A stretch of 64,000 nt of DNA from Nemertoderma westbladi. Lineage: Eukaryota; Animalia; Xenacoelomorpha. This document shows positions 30,001 through 45,000 of the stretch, piece by piece; the stretch's first letter is position 1, and every line of letters begins with the position of its first letter. Under the pieces are notes generated by a model that worked only from the letters and a program-made list of their open reading frames with translations, was not told the DNA's origin and ran no database searches. Location of the stretch: NCBI GenBank assembly GCA_032718475.1, contig JAUCBJ010007806.1:62001-126000 (forward strand), read 5' to 3'. The position numbers were made by a program, and so were the translations under genes.

Positions 30001-33000
30001 ATACGGAATAGCCATACAACTGTGAAAGTGAAAGTTAGTTATTGCATACGGAATAGCCATACAACTGTGAAAGTGAAAGTTAGTTATTGTATACGGAATA
30101 GACATACAACTGTGAAAGAGAAAAATAGTTATTGTATACGGAATAGACATACAACTGTGAAAGAGAAGAATAGTTATTGCATACGGAATAGACATACAAC
30201 TGTGAAAGAGAAAGTTAGTTATTGCATACGGAATAGCCATACAACTGTGAAAGTGAAAGTTAGTTATTGCATACGGAATAGCCATACAACTGTGAAAGTG
30301 AAAGTTAGTTATTGTATACGGAATAGACATACAACTGTGAAAGAGAAAAATAGTTATTGTATACGGAATAGACATACAACTGTGAAAGAGAAAAATAGTT
30401 ATTGTATACGGAATAGACATACAACTGTGAAAGAGAAAAATAGTTATTGTATACGGAATAGACATACAACTGTGAAAGAGAAAAATAGTTATTGTATACG
30501 GAATAGACATACATACAACCCTGAAAGTGAAAGTTAGTTATTGTATACGGAATAGACATACAACTGTGAAAGAGAAAAATAGTTATTGTATACGGAATAG
30601 ACATACAACTGTGAAAGAGAAAAATAGTTATTGCATACGGAATAGACATACAACTGTGAAAGAGAAAAATAGTTATTGTATACGGAATAGACATACAACT
30701 GTGAAAGAGAAAAATAGTTATTGTATACGGAATAGACATACATACAACCCTGAAAGTGAAAGTTAGTTATTGTATACGGAATAGACATACAACTGTGAAA
30801 GAGAAAAATAGTTATTGTATACGGAATAGACATACAACTGTGAAAGAGAAAAATAGTTATTGCATACGGAATAGACATACAACTGTGAAAGAGAAAAATA
30901 GTTATTGCATACGGAATAGACATACAACTGTGAAAGAGAAAAATAGTTATTGTATACGGAATAGCCATACAACTGTGAAAGAGAAAAATAGTTATTGCAT
31001 ACGGAATAGACATACAACTGTGAAAGAGAAAAATAGTTATTGCATACGGAATAGACATACAACTGTGAAAGAGAAAAATAGTTATTGTATACGGAATAGC
31101 CATACAACTGTGAAAGAGAAAAATAGTTATTGCATACGGAATAGACATACAACTGTGAAAGAGAAAAATAGTTATTGCATACGGAATAGACATACAACTG
31201 TGAAAGAGAAAAATAGTTATTGCATACGGAATAGACATACAACTGTGAAAGAGAAAAATAGTTATTGTATACGGAATAGCCATACAACTGTGAAAGTGAA
31301 AGTTAGTTATTGCATACGGAATATCCATACAACTGTGAAAGTGAAAGTTAGTTATTGTATACGGAATAGACATACAACTGTGAAAGAGAAAAATAGTTAT
31401 TGCATACGGAATAGACATACAACTGTGAAAGAGAAAAATAGTTATTGCATACGGAATAGACATACAACTGTGAAAGAGAAAAATAGTTATTGTATACGGA
31501 ATAGACATACAACTGTGAAAGAGAAAAATAGTTATTGTATACGGAATAGACATACAACTGTGAAAGAGAAAAATAGTTATTGAATACGGAATAGCCATAC
31601 AACTGTGAAAGAGAAAAATAGTTATTGCATACGGAATAGACATACAACTGTGAAAGAGAAAAATAGTTATTGTATACGGAATAGACATACAACTGTGAAA
31701 GAGAAAAATAGTTATTGTATACGGAATAGCCATACAACTGTGAAAGTGAAAGTTAGTTATTGCATACGGAATAGCCATACAACTGTGAAAGTGAAAGTTA
31801 GTTATTGCATACGGAATAGACATACAACTGTGAAAGAGAAAAATAGTTATTGTATACGGAATAGCCATACAACTGTGAAAGTGAAAGTTAGTTATTGCAT
31901 ACGGAATAGACATACAACTGTGAAAGAGAAAAATAGTTATTGTATACGGAATAGCCATACAACTGTGAAAGTGAAAGTTAGTTATTGCATACGGAATAGA
32001 CATACAACTGTGAAAGAGAAAAATAGTTATTGTATACGGAATAGCCATACAACTGTGAAAGTGAAAGTTAGTTATTGCATACGGAATAGACATACAACTG
32101 TGAAAGAGAAAAATAGTTATTGTATACGGAATAGCCATACAACTGTGAAAGTGAAAGTTAGTTATTGCATACGGAATAGACATACAACTGTGAAAGAGAA
32201 AAATAGTTATTGCATACGGAATAGACATACAACTGTGAAAGAGAAAAATAGTTATTGTATACGGAATAGCCATACAACTGTGAAAGTGAAAGTTAGTTAT
32301 TGTATACGGAATAGCCATACAACTGTGAAAGTGAAAGTTAGTTATTGCATACGGAATAGACATACAACTGTGAAAGAGAAAAATAGTTATTGCATACGGA
32401 ATAGACATACAACTGTGAAAGAGAAAAATAGTTATTGCATACGGAATAGACATACAACTGTGAAAGAGAAAAATAGTTATTGTATACGGAATAGACATAC
32501 ATACAACTGTGAAAGTGAAAGTTAGTTATTGTATACGGAATAGCCATACAACTGTGAAAGTGAAAGTTAGTTATTGCATACGGAATAGACATACAACTGT
32601 GAAAGAGAAAAATAGTTATTGCATACGGAATAGACATACAACTGTGAAAGAGAAAAATAGTTATTGTATACGGAATAGCCATACAACTGTGAAAGTGAAA
32701 GTTAGTTATTGCATACGGAATAGACATACAACTGTGAAAGTGAAAGTTAGTTATTGCATACGGAATAGACATACAACTGTGAAAGAGAAAAATAGTTATT
32801 GCATACGGAATAGACATACAACTGTGAAAGTGAAAGTTAGTTATTGCATACGGAATAGACATACAACTGTGAAAGAGAAAAATAGTTATTGCATACGGAA
32901 TAGCCATACAACTGTGAAAGTGAAAGTTAGTTATTGCATACGGAATAGACATACAACTGTGAAAGTGAAAGTTAGTTATTGCATACGGAATAGACATACA

Positions 33001-36000
33001 ACTGTGAAAGAGAAAAATAGTTATTGCATACGGAATAGACATACAACTGTGAAAGAGAAAAATAGTTATTGTATACGGAATAGCCATACAACTGTGAAAG
33101 TGAAAGTTAGTTATTGCATACGGAATAGACATACAACTGTGAAAGTGAAAGTTAGTTATTGCATACGGAATAGACATACAACTGTGAAAGAGAAAAATAG
33201 TTATTGCATACGGAATAGACATACAACTGTGAAAGAGAAAAATAGTTATTGTATACGGAATAGCCATACAACTGTGAAAGTGAAAGTTAGTTATTGCATA
33301 CGGAATAGACATACATACAACTGTGAAAGTGAAGGTTAGTTATTGCATACGGAATAGACATACAACTGTGAAAGAGAAAAATAGTTATTGTATACGGAAT
33401 AGCCATACAACTGTGAAAGTGAAAGTTAGTTATTGCATACGGAATAGACATACAACTGTGAAAGAGAAAAATAGTTATTGCATACGGAATAGCCAAACAA
33501 CTGTGAAAGTGAAAGTTAGTTATTGCATACGGAATAGACATACAACTGTGAAAGAGAAAAATAGTTATTGCATACGGAATAGACATACAACTGTGAAAGA
33601 GAAAAATAGTTATTGTATACGGAATAGCCATACAACTGTGAAAGTGAAAGTTAGTTATTGCATACGGAATAGACATACATACAACTGTGAAAGTGAAAGT
33701 TAGTTATTGTATACGGAATAGCCATACAACTGTGAAAGTGAAAGTTAGTTATTGCATACGGAATAGACATACAACTGTGAAAGAGAAAAATAGTTATTGC
33801 ATACGGAATAGACATACATACAACTGTGAAAGTGAAAGTTAGTTATTGTATACGGAATAGCCATACAACTGTGAAAGTGAAAGTTAGTTATTGCATACGG
33901 AATAGACATACAACTGTGAAAGAGAAAAATAGTTATTGCATACGGAATAGACATACAACTGTGAAAGAGAAAAATAGTTATTGTATACGGAATAGCCATA
34001 CAACTGTGAAAGTGAAAGTTAGTTATTGCATACGGAATAGACATACAACTGTGAAAGAGAAAAATAGTTATTGTATACGGAATAGCCATACAACTGTGAA
34101 AGTGAAAGTTAGTTATTGCATACGGAATAGACATACAACTGTGAAAGAGAAAAATAGTTATTGTATACGGAATAGCCATACAACTGTGAAAGTGAAAGTT
34201 AGTTATTGCATACGGAATAGCCATACAACTGTGAAAGTGAAAGTTAGTTATTGCATACGGAATAGACATACAACTGTGAAAGAGAAAAATAGTTATTGTA
34301 TACGGAATAGCCATACAACTGTGAAAGTGAAAGTTAGTTATTGCATACGGAATAGCCATACAACTGTGAAAGTGAAAGTTAGTTATTGCATACGGAATAG
34401 ACATACAACTGTGAAAGAGAAAAATAGTTATTGCATACGGAATAGACATACAACTGTGAAAGAGAAAAATAGTTATTGTATACGGAATAGCCATACAACT
34501 GTGAAAGTGAAAGTTAGTTATTGCATACGGAATAGACATACAACTGTGAAAGAGAAAAATAGTTATTGTATACGGAATAGCCATACAACTGTGAAAGTGA
34601 AAGTTAGTTATTGCATACGGAATAGACATACAACTGTGAAAGAGAAAAATAGTTATTGTATACGGAATAGCCATACAACTGTGAAAGTGAAAGTTAGTTA
34701 TTGCATACGGAATAGACATACAACTGTGAAAGAGAAAAATAGTTATTGCATACGGAATAGACATACAACTGTGAAAGAGAAAAATAGTTATTGTATACGG
34801 AATAGCCATACAACTGTGAAAGTGAAAGTTAGTTATTGCATACGGAATAGACATACATACAACTGTGAAAGTGAAAGTTAGTTATTGTATACGGAATAGC
34901 CATACAACTGTGAAAGTGAAAGTTAGTTATTGCATACGGAATAGACATACAACTGTGAAAGAGAAAAATAGTTATTGTATACGGAATAGCCATACAACTA
35001 GGAAAATGAAAGTTAGTTATTGCATACGGAATAGACATACAACTGTGAAAGAGAAAAATAGTTATTGTATACGGAATAGACATACAACTGTGAAAGAGAA
35101 AAATAGTTATTGTATACGGAATAGACATACAACTGTGAAAGAGAAAAATAGTTATTGTATACGGAATAGCCATACAACTGTGAAAGTGAAAGTTAGTTAT
35201 TGCATACGGAATAGACATACAACTGTGAAAGAGAAAAATAGTTATTGCATACGGAATAGACATACAACTGTGAAAGTGAAAGTTAGTTATTGCATACGGA
35301 ATAGACATACAACTGTGAAAGAGAAAAATAGTTATTGCATACGGAATAGACATACAACTGTGAAAGAGAAAAATAGTTATTGTATACGGAATAGCCATAC
35401 AACTGTGAAAGTGAAAGTTAGTTATTGCATACGGAATAGACATACATACAACTGTGAAAGTGAAAGTTAGTTATTGTATACGGAATAGCCATACAACTGT
35501 GAAAGTGAAAGTTAGTTATTGCATACGGAATAGACATACAACTGTGAAAGAGAAAAATAGTTATTGCATACGGAATAGACATACATACAACTGTGAAAGT
35601 GAAAGTTAGTTATTGTATACGGAATAGCCATACAACTGTGAAAGTGAAAGTTAGTTATTGCATACGGAATAGACATACAACTGTGAAAGAGAAAAATAGT
35701 TATTGCATACGGAATAGACATACAACTGTGAAAGAGAAAAATAGTTATTGTATACGGAATAGCCATACAACTGTGAAAGTGAAAGTTAGTTATTGCATAC
35801 GGAATAGACATACAACTGTGAAAGAGAAAAATAGTTATTGCATACGGAATAGACATACAACTGTGAAAGAGAAAAATAGTTATTGTATACGGAATAGCCA
35901 TACAACTGTGAAAGTGAAAGTTAGTTATTGCATACGGAATAGCCATACAACTGTGAAAGAGAAAAATAGTTATTGCATACGGAATAGACATACATACAAC

Positions 36001-39000
36001 TGTGAAAGTGAAAGTTAGTTATTGTATACGGAATAGCCATACAACTGTGAAAGAGAAAAATAGTTATTGCATACGGAATAGACATACATACAACTGTGAA
36101 AGTGAAAGTTAGTTATTGTATACGGAATAGCCATACAACTGTGAAAGTGAAAGTTAGTTATTGCATACGGAATAGCCATACAACTGTGAAAGAGAAAAAT
36201 AGTTATTGCATACGGAATAGACATACATACAACTGTGAAAGTGAAAGTTAGTTATTGTATACGGAATAGCCATACAACTGTGAAAGTGAAAGTTAGTTAT
36301 TGCATACGGAATAGACATACAACTGTGAAAGAGAAAAATAGTTATTGCATACGGAATAGACATACAACTGTGAAAGAGAAAAATAGTTATTGCATACGGA
36401 ATAGACATACATACAACTGTGAAAGTGAAAGTTAGTTATTGTATACGGAATAGCCATACAACTGTGAAAGTGAAAGTTAGTTATTGCATACGGAATAGCC
36501 ATACAACTGTGAAAGTGAAAGTTAGTTATTGCATACGGAATAGACATACAACTGTGAAAGAGAAAAATAGTTATTGCATACGGAATAGACATACATACAA
36601 CTGTGAAAGTGAAAGTTAGTTATTGTATACGGAATAGCCATACAACTGTGAAAGTGAAAGTTAGTTATTGTATACGGAATAGCCATACAACTGTGAAAGT
36701 GAAAGTTAGTTATTGCATACGGAATAGACATACAACTGTGAAAGAGAAAAATAGTTATTGCATACGGAATAGACATACATACAACTGTGAAAGTGAAAGT
36801 TAGTTATTGTATACGGAATAGCCATACAACTGTGAAAGTGAAAGTTAGTTATTGTATACGGAATAGCCATACAACTGTGAAAGTGAAAGTTAGTTATTGC
36901 ATACGGAATAGACATACAACTGTGAAAGAGAAAAATAGTTATTGCATACGGAATAGACATACAACTGTGAAAGAGAAAAATAGTTATTGCATACGGAATA
37001 GACATACATACAACTGTGAAAGTGAAAGTTAGTTATTGTATACGGAATAGCCATACAACTGTGAAAGTGAAAGTTAGTTATTGCATACGGAATAGCCATA
37101 CAACTGTGAAAGAGAAAAATAGTTATTGCATACGGAATAGACATACATACAACTGTGAAAGTGAAAGTTAGTTATTGTATACGGAATAGCCATACAACTG
37201 TGAAAGTGAAAGTTAGTTATTGTATACGGAATAGCCATACAACTGTGAAAGTGAAAGTTAGTTATTGTATACGGAATAGCCATACAACTGTGAAAGTGAA
37301 AGTTAGTTATTGTATACGGAATAGCCATACAACTGTGAAAGTGAAAGTTAGTTATTGCATACGGAATAGACATACAACTGTGAAAGAGAAAAATAGTTAT
37401 TGCATACGGAATAGACATACATACAACTGTGAAAGTGAAAGTTAGTTATTGTATACGGAATAGCCATACAACTGTGAAAGTGAAAGTTAGTTATTGTATA
37501 CGGAATAGCCATACAACTGTGAAAGTGAAAGTTAGTTATTGCATACGGAATAGACATACAACTGTGAAAGAGAAAAATAGTTATTGCATACGGAATAGAC
37601 ATACAACTGTGAAAGAGAAAAATAGTTATTGCATACGGAATAGACATACATACAACTGTGAAAGTGAAAGTTAGTTATTGTATACGGAATAGCCATACAA
37701 CTGTGAAAGTGAAAGTTAGTTATTGCATACGGAATAGCCATACAACTGTGAAAGAGAAAAATAGTTATTGCATACGGAATAGACATACATACAACTGTGA
37801 AAGTGAAAGTTAGTTATTGTATACGGAATAGCCATACAACTGTGAAAGTGAAAGTTAGTTATTGCATACGGAATAGACATACAACTGTGAAAGAGAAAAA
37901 TAGTTATTGCATACGGAATAGACATACATACAACTGTGAAAGTGAAAGTTAGTTATTGTATACGGAATAGCCATACAACTGTGAAAGTGAAAGTTAGTTA
38001 TTGTATACGGAATAGCCATACAACTGTGAAAGTGAAAGTTAGTTATTGTATACGGAATAGCCATACAACTGTGAAAGTGAAAGTTAGTTATTGCATACGG
38101 AATAGACATACAACTGTGAAAGAGAAAAATAGTTATTGCATACGGAATAGACATACAACTGTGAAAGAGAAAAATAGTTATTGTATACGGAATAGCCATA
38201 CAACTGTGAAAGTGAAAGTTAGTTATTGCATACGGAATAGACATACAACTGTGAAAGTGAAAGTTAGTTATTGCATACGGAATAGACATACAACTGTGAA
38301 AGAGAAAAATAGTTATTGCATACGGAATAGACATACAACTGTGAAAGAGAAAAATAGTTATTGTATACGGAATAGCCATACAACTGTGAAAGTGAAAGTT
38401 AGTTATTGCATACGGAATAGACATACAACTGTGAAAGAGAAAAATAGTTATTGTATACGGAATAGCCATACAACTGTGAAAGTGAAAGTTAGTTATTGCA
38501 TACGGAATAGACATACAACTGTGAAAGTGAAAGTTAGTTATTGCATACGGAATAGACATACAACTGTGAAAGAGAAAAATAGTTATTGTATACGGAATAG
38601 CCATACAACTGTGAAAGTGAAAGTTAGTTATTGCATACGGAATAGACATACAACTGTGAAAGTGAAAGTTAGTTATTGCATACGGAATAGACATACAACT
38701 GTGAAAGAGAAAAATAGTTATTGTATACGGAATAGCCATACAACTGTGAAAGTGAAAGTTAGTTATTGCATACGGAATAGACATACAACTGTGAAAGTGA
38801 AAGTTAGTTATTGCATACGGAATAGACATACAACTGTGAAAGAGAAAAATAGTTATTGCATACGGAATAGACATACAACTGTGAAAGAGAAAAATAGTTA
38901 TTGTATACGGAATAGCCATACAACTGTGAAAGTGAAAGTTAGTTATTGCATACGGAATAGACATACAACTGTGAAAGAGAAAAATAGTTATTGCATACGG

Positions 39001-42000
39001 AATAGACATACAACTGTGAAAGAGAAAAATAGTTATTGTATACGGAATAGCCATACAACTGTGAAAGTGAAAGTTAGTTATTGCATACGGAATAGACATA
39101 CAACTGTGAAAGTGAAAGTTAGTTATTGCATACGGAATAGACATACAACTGTGAAAGAGAAAAATAGTTATTGCATACGGAATAGACATACAACTGTGAA
39201 AGAGAAAAATAGTTATTGTATACGGAATAGCCATACAACTGTGAAAGTGAAAGTTAGTTATTGCATACGGAATAGACATACAACTGTGAAAGAGAAAAAT
39301 AGTTATTGTATACGGAATAGCCATACAACTGTGAAAGTGAAAGTTAGTTATTGCATACGGAATAGACATACAACTGTGAAAGAGAAAAATAGTTATTGCA
39401 TACGGAATAGCCAAACAACTGTGAAAGTGAAAGTTAGTTATTGCATACGGAATAGACATACAACTGTGAAAGAGAAAAATAGTTATTGCATACGGAATAG
39501 ACATACAACTGTGAAAGAGAAAAATAGTTATTGTATACGGAATAGCCATACAACTGTGAAAGTGAAAGTTAGTTATTGCATACGGAATAGACATACAACT
39601 GTGAAAGAGAAAAATAGTTATTGTATACGGAATAGCCATACAACTGTGAAAGAGAAAAATAGTTATTGCATACGGAATAGCCATACAACTAGGAAAATGA
39701 AAGTTAGTTATTGCATACGGAATAGACATACAACTGTGAAAGAGAAAAATAGTTATTGTATACGGAATAGCCATACAACTAGGAAAATGAAAGTTAGTTA
39801 TTGCATACGGAATAGACATACAACTGTGAAAGAGAAAAATAGTTATTGTATACGGAATAGACATACAACTGTGAAAGAGAAAAATAGTTATTGTATACGG
39901 AATAGCCATACAACTAGGAAAATGAAAGTTAGTTATTGCATACGGAATAGACATACAACTGTGAAAGAGAAAAATAGTTATTGTATACGGAATAGCCATA
40001 CAACTAGGAAAATGAAAGTTAGTTATTGCATACGGAATAGACATACAACTGTGAAAGAGAAAAATAGTTATTGTATACGGAATAGCCATACATACAACTG
40101 TGAAAGTGAAAGTTAGTTATTGTATACGGAATAGCCATACATACAACTGTGAAAGTGAAAGTTAGTTATTGTATACGGAATAGCCATACAACTGTGAAAG
40201 AGAAAAATAGTTATTGTATACGGAATAGCCATACAACTGTGAAAGAGAAAAATAGTTATTGTATACGGAATAGCCATACAATTGTGAAAGAGAAAAATAG
40301 TTATTGTATACGGAATAGACATACAACTGTGAAAGTGAAAGTTAGTTATTGCATACGGAATAGACATACAACTGTGAAAGAGAAAAATAGTTATTGTATA
40401 CGGAATAGCCATACAACTGTGAAAGTGAAAGTTAGTTATTGCATACGGAATAGACATACAACTGTGAAAGAGAAAAATAGTTATTGTATACGGAATAGCC
40501 ATACAACTGTGAAAGTGAAAGTTAGTTATTGCATACGGAATAGACATACAACTGTGAAAGAGAAAAATAGTTATTGTATACGGAATAGCCATACAACTGT
40601 GAAAGTGAAAGTTAGTTATTGCATACGGAATAGACATACAACTGTGAAAGAGAAAAATAGTTATTGTATACGGAATAGCCATACAACTGTGAAAGTGAAA
40701 GTTAGTTATTGCATACGGAATAGACATACAACTGTGAAAGAGAAAAATAGTTATTGTATACGGAATAGCCATACAACTGTGAAAGTGAAAGTTAGTTATT
40801 GCATACGGAATAGACATACAACTGTGAAAGAGAAAAATAGTTATTGTATACGGAATAGCCATACAACTGTGAAAGAGAAAAATAGTTATTGTATACGGAA
40901 TAGCCATACAACTGTGAAAGTGAAAGTTAGTTATTGCATACGGAATAGACATACAACTGTGAAAGAGAAAAATAGTTATTGTATACGGAATAGCCATACA
41001 ACTGTGAAAGAGAAAAATAGTTATTGTATACGGAATAGCCATACAACTGTGAAAGAGAAAAATAGTTATTGTATACGGAATAGCCATACAACTGTGAAAG
41101 AGAAAAATAGTTATTGTATACGGAATAGCCATACAACTGTGAAAGAGAAAAATAGTTATTGTATACGGAATAGCCATACAACTGTGAAAGAGAAAAATAG
41201 TTATTGTATACGGAATAGCCATACAACTGTGAAAGAGAAAAATAGTTATTGCATACGGAATAGACATACAACTGTGAAAGAGAAAAATAGTTATTGCATA
41301 CGGAATAGCCATACAACTGTGAAAGAGAAAAATAGTTATTGCATACGGAATAGACATACAACTGTGAAAGAGAAAAATAGTTATTGTATACGGAATAGCC
41401 ATACAACTAGGAAAATGAAAGTTAGTTATTGCATACGGAATAGACATACAACTGTGAAAGAGAAAAATAGTTATTGTATACGGAATAGCCATACAACTGT
41501 GAAAGAGAAAAATAGTTATTGCATACGGAATAGCCATACAACTGTGAAAGAGAAAAATAGTTATTGTATACGGAATAGCCATACAACTGTGAAAGTGAAA
41601 GTTAGTTATTGCATACGGAATAGACATACAACTGTGAAAGAGAAAAATAGTTATTGTATACGGAATAGCCATACAACTAGGAAAATGAAAGTTAGTTATT
41701 GCATACGGAATAGACATACAACTGTGAAAGAGAAAAATAGTTATTGTATACGGAATAGCCATACAACTAGGAAAATGAAAGTTAGTTATTGCATACGGAA
41801 TAGACATACAACTGTGAAAGAGAAAAATAGTTATTGTATACGGAATAGCCATACATACAACTGTGAAAGTGAAAGTTAGTTATTGTATACGGAATAGCCA
41901 TACATACAACTGTGAAAGTGAAAGTTAGTTATTGTATACGGAATAGCCATACAACTGTGAAAGAGAAAAATAGTTATTGTATACGGAATAGCCATACAAC

Positions 42001-45000
42001 TGTGAAAGAGAAAAATAGTTATTGTATACGGAATAGCCATACAATTGTGAAAGAGAAAAATAGTTATTGTATACGGAATAGACATACAACTGTGAAAGTG
42101 AAAGTTAGTTATTGTATACGGAATAGACATACAACTGTGAAAGTGAAAGTTAGTTATTGTATACGGAATAGCCATACATACAACTGTGAAAGTGAAAGTT
42201 AGTTATTGTATACGGAATAGACATACAACTGTGAAAGTGAAAGTTAGTTATTGTATACGGAATAGCCATACATACAACTGTGAAAGTGAAAGTTAGTTAT
42301 TGCATACGGAATAGCCATACAACTGTGAAAGTGAAAGTTAGTTATTGTATACGGAATAGCCATACATACAACTGTGAAAGTGAAAGTTAGTTATTGTATA
42401 CGGAATAGCCATACAACTGTGAAAGAGAAAAATAGTTATTGTATACGGAATAGACATACAACTGTGAAAGTGAAAGTTAGTTATTGTATACGGAATAGAC
42501 ATACAACTGTGAAAGTGAAAGTTAGTTATTGTATACGGAATAGCCATACATACAACTGTGAAAGTGAAAGTTAGTTATTGCATACGGAATAGCCATACAA
42601 CTGTGAAAGAGAAAAATAGTTATTGTATACGGAATAGCCATACATACAACTGTGAAAGTGAAAGTTAGTTATTGTATACGGAATAGCCATACATACAACT
42701 GTGAAAGTGAAAGTTAGTTATTGCATACGGAATAGACATACAACTGTGAAAGAGAAAAATAGTTATTGTATACGGAATAGCCATACATACAACTGTGAAA
42801 GTGAAAGTTAGTTATTGTATACGGAATAGCCATACATACAACTGTGAAAGTGAAAGTTAGTTATTGTATACGGAATAGCCATACAACTGTGAAAGAGAAA
42901 AATAGTTATTGTATACGGAATAGCCATACATACAACTGTGAAAGTGAAAGTTAGTTATTGTATACGGAATAGCCATACATACAACTGTGAAAGTGAAAGT
43001 TAGTTATTGTATACGGAATAGCCATACAACTGTGAAAGAGAAAAATAGTTATTGTATACGGAATAGACATACAACTGTGAAAGTGAAAGTTAGTTATTGT
43101 ATACGGAATAGCCATACATACAACTGTGAAAGTGAAAGTTAGTTATTGCATACGGAATAGCCATACAACTGTGAAAGTGAAAGTTAGTTATTGTATACGG
43201 AATAGCCATACATACAACTGTGAAAGTGAAAGTTAGTTATTGTATACGGAATAGCCATACAACTGTGAAAGAGAAAAATAGTTATTGCATACGGAATAGC
43301 CATACAACTGTGAAAGAGAAAGTTAGTTATTGCATACGGAATAGCCATACAACTGTGAAAGAGAAAAATAGTTATTGTATACGGAATAGCCATACAACTG
43401 TGAAAGTGAAAGTTAGTTATTGCATGCGGAATAGACATACAACTGTGAAAGTGAAAGTTAGTTATTGCATACGGAATAGACATACAACTGTGAAAGAGAA
43501 AAATAGTTATTGTATACGGAATAGCCATACATACAACTGTGAAAGTGAAAGTTAGTTATTGTATACGGAATAGCCATACATACAACTGTGAAAGTGAAAG
43601 TTAGTTATTGCATACGGAATAGCCATACAACTGTGAAAGTGAAAGTTAGTTATTGCATACGGAATAGCCATACATACAACTCTGAAAGTGAAAGTTAGTT
43701 ATTGTATACGGAATAGCCATACATACAACTGTGAAAGTGAAAGTTAGTTATTGTATACGGAATAGCCATACATACAACTGTGAAAGTGAAAGTTAGTTAT
43801 TGTATACGGAATAGCCATACAACTGTGAAAGAGAAAAATAGTTATTGTATACGGAATAGCCATACAACTGTGAAAGTGAAAGTTAGTTATTGTATACGGA
43901 ATAGCCATACAACTGTGAAAGAGAAAAATAGTTATTGTATACGGAATAGCCATACAACTGTGAAAGAGAAAGTTAGTTATTGCATACGGAATAGCCATAC
44001 AACTGTGAAAGTGAAAGTTAGTTATTGTATACGGAATAGCCATACATACAACTGTGAAAGTGAAAGTTAGTTATTGTATACGGAATAGCCATACATACAA
44101 CTGTGAAAGTGAAAGTTAGTTATTGTATACGGAATAGCCATACAACTGTGAAAGAGAAAAATAGTTATTGTATACGGAATAGCCATACAACTGTGAAAGA
44201 GAAGGTTAGTTATTGTATACGGAATAGCCATACATACAACTGTGAAAGTGAAAGTTAGTTATTGTATACGGAATAGCCATACAACTGTGAAAGAGAAAAA
44301 TAGTTATTGTATACGGAATAGCCATACAACTGTGAAAGAGAAAGTTAGTTATTGCATACGGAATAGCCATACAACTGTGAAAGTGAAAGTTAGTTATTGT
44401 ATACGGAATAGCCATACATACAACTGTGAAAGTGAAAGTTAGTTATTGTATACGGAATAGCCATACAACTGTGAAAGAGAAAAATAGTTATTGTATACGG
44501 AATAGCCATACAACTGTGAAAGAGAAGGTTAGTTATTGTATACGGAATAGCCATACATACAACTGTGAAAGTGAAAGTTAGTTATTGTATACGGAATAGC
44601 CATACAACTGTGAAAGAGAAAAATAGTTATTGTATACGGAATAGCCATACAACTGTGAAAGAGAAAGTTAGTTATTGCATACGGAATAGCCATACAACTG
44701 TGAAAGTGAAAGTTAGTTATTGTATACGGAATAGCCATACATACAACTGTGAAAGTGAAAGTTAGTTATTGTATACGGAATAGCCATACATACAACTGTG
44801 AAAGTGAAAGTTAGTTATTGTATACGGAATAGCCATACATACAACTGTGAAAGTGAAAGTTAGTTATTGCATACGGAATAGCCATACAACTGTGAAAGTG
44901 AAAGTTAGTTATTGCATACGGAATAGCCATACAACTGTGAAAGTGAAAGTTAGTTATTGCATACGGAATAGCCATACATACAACTCTGAAAGTGAAAGTT

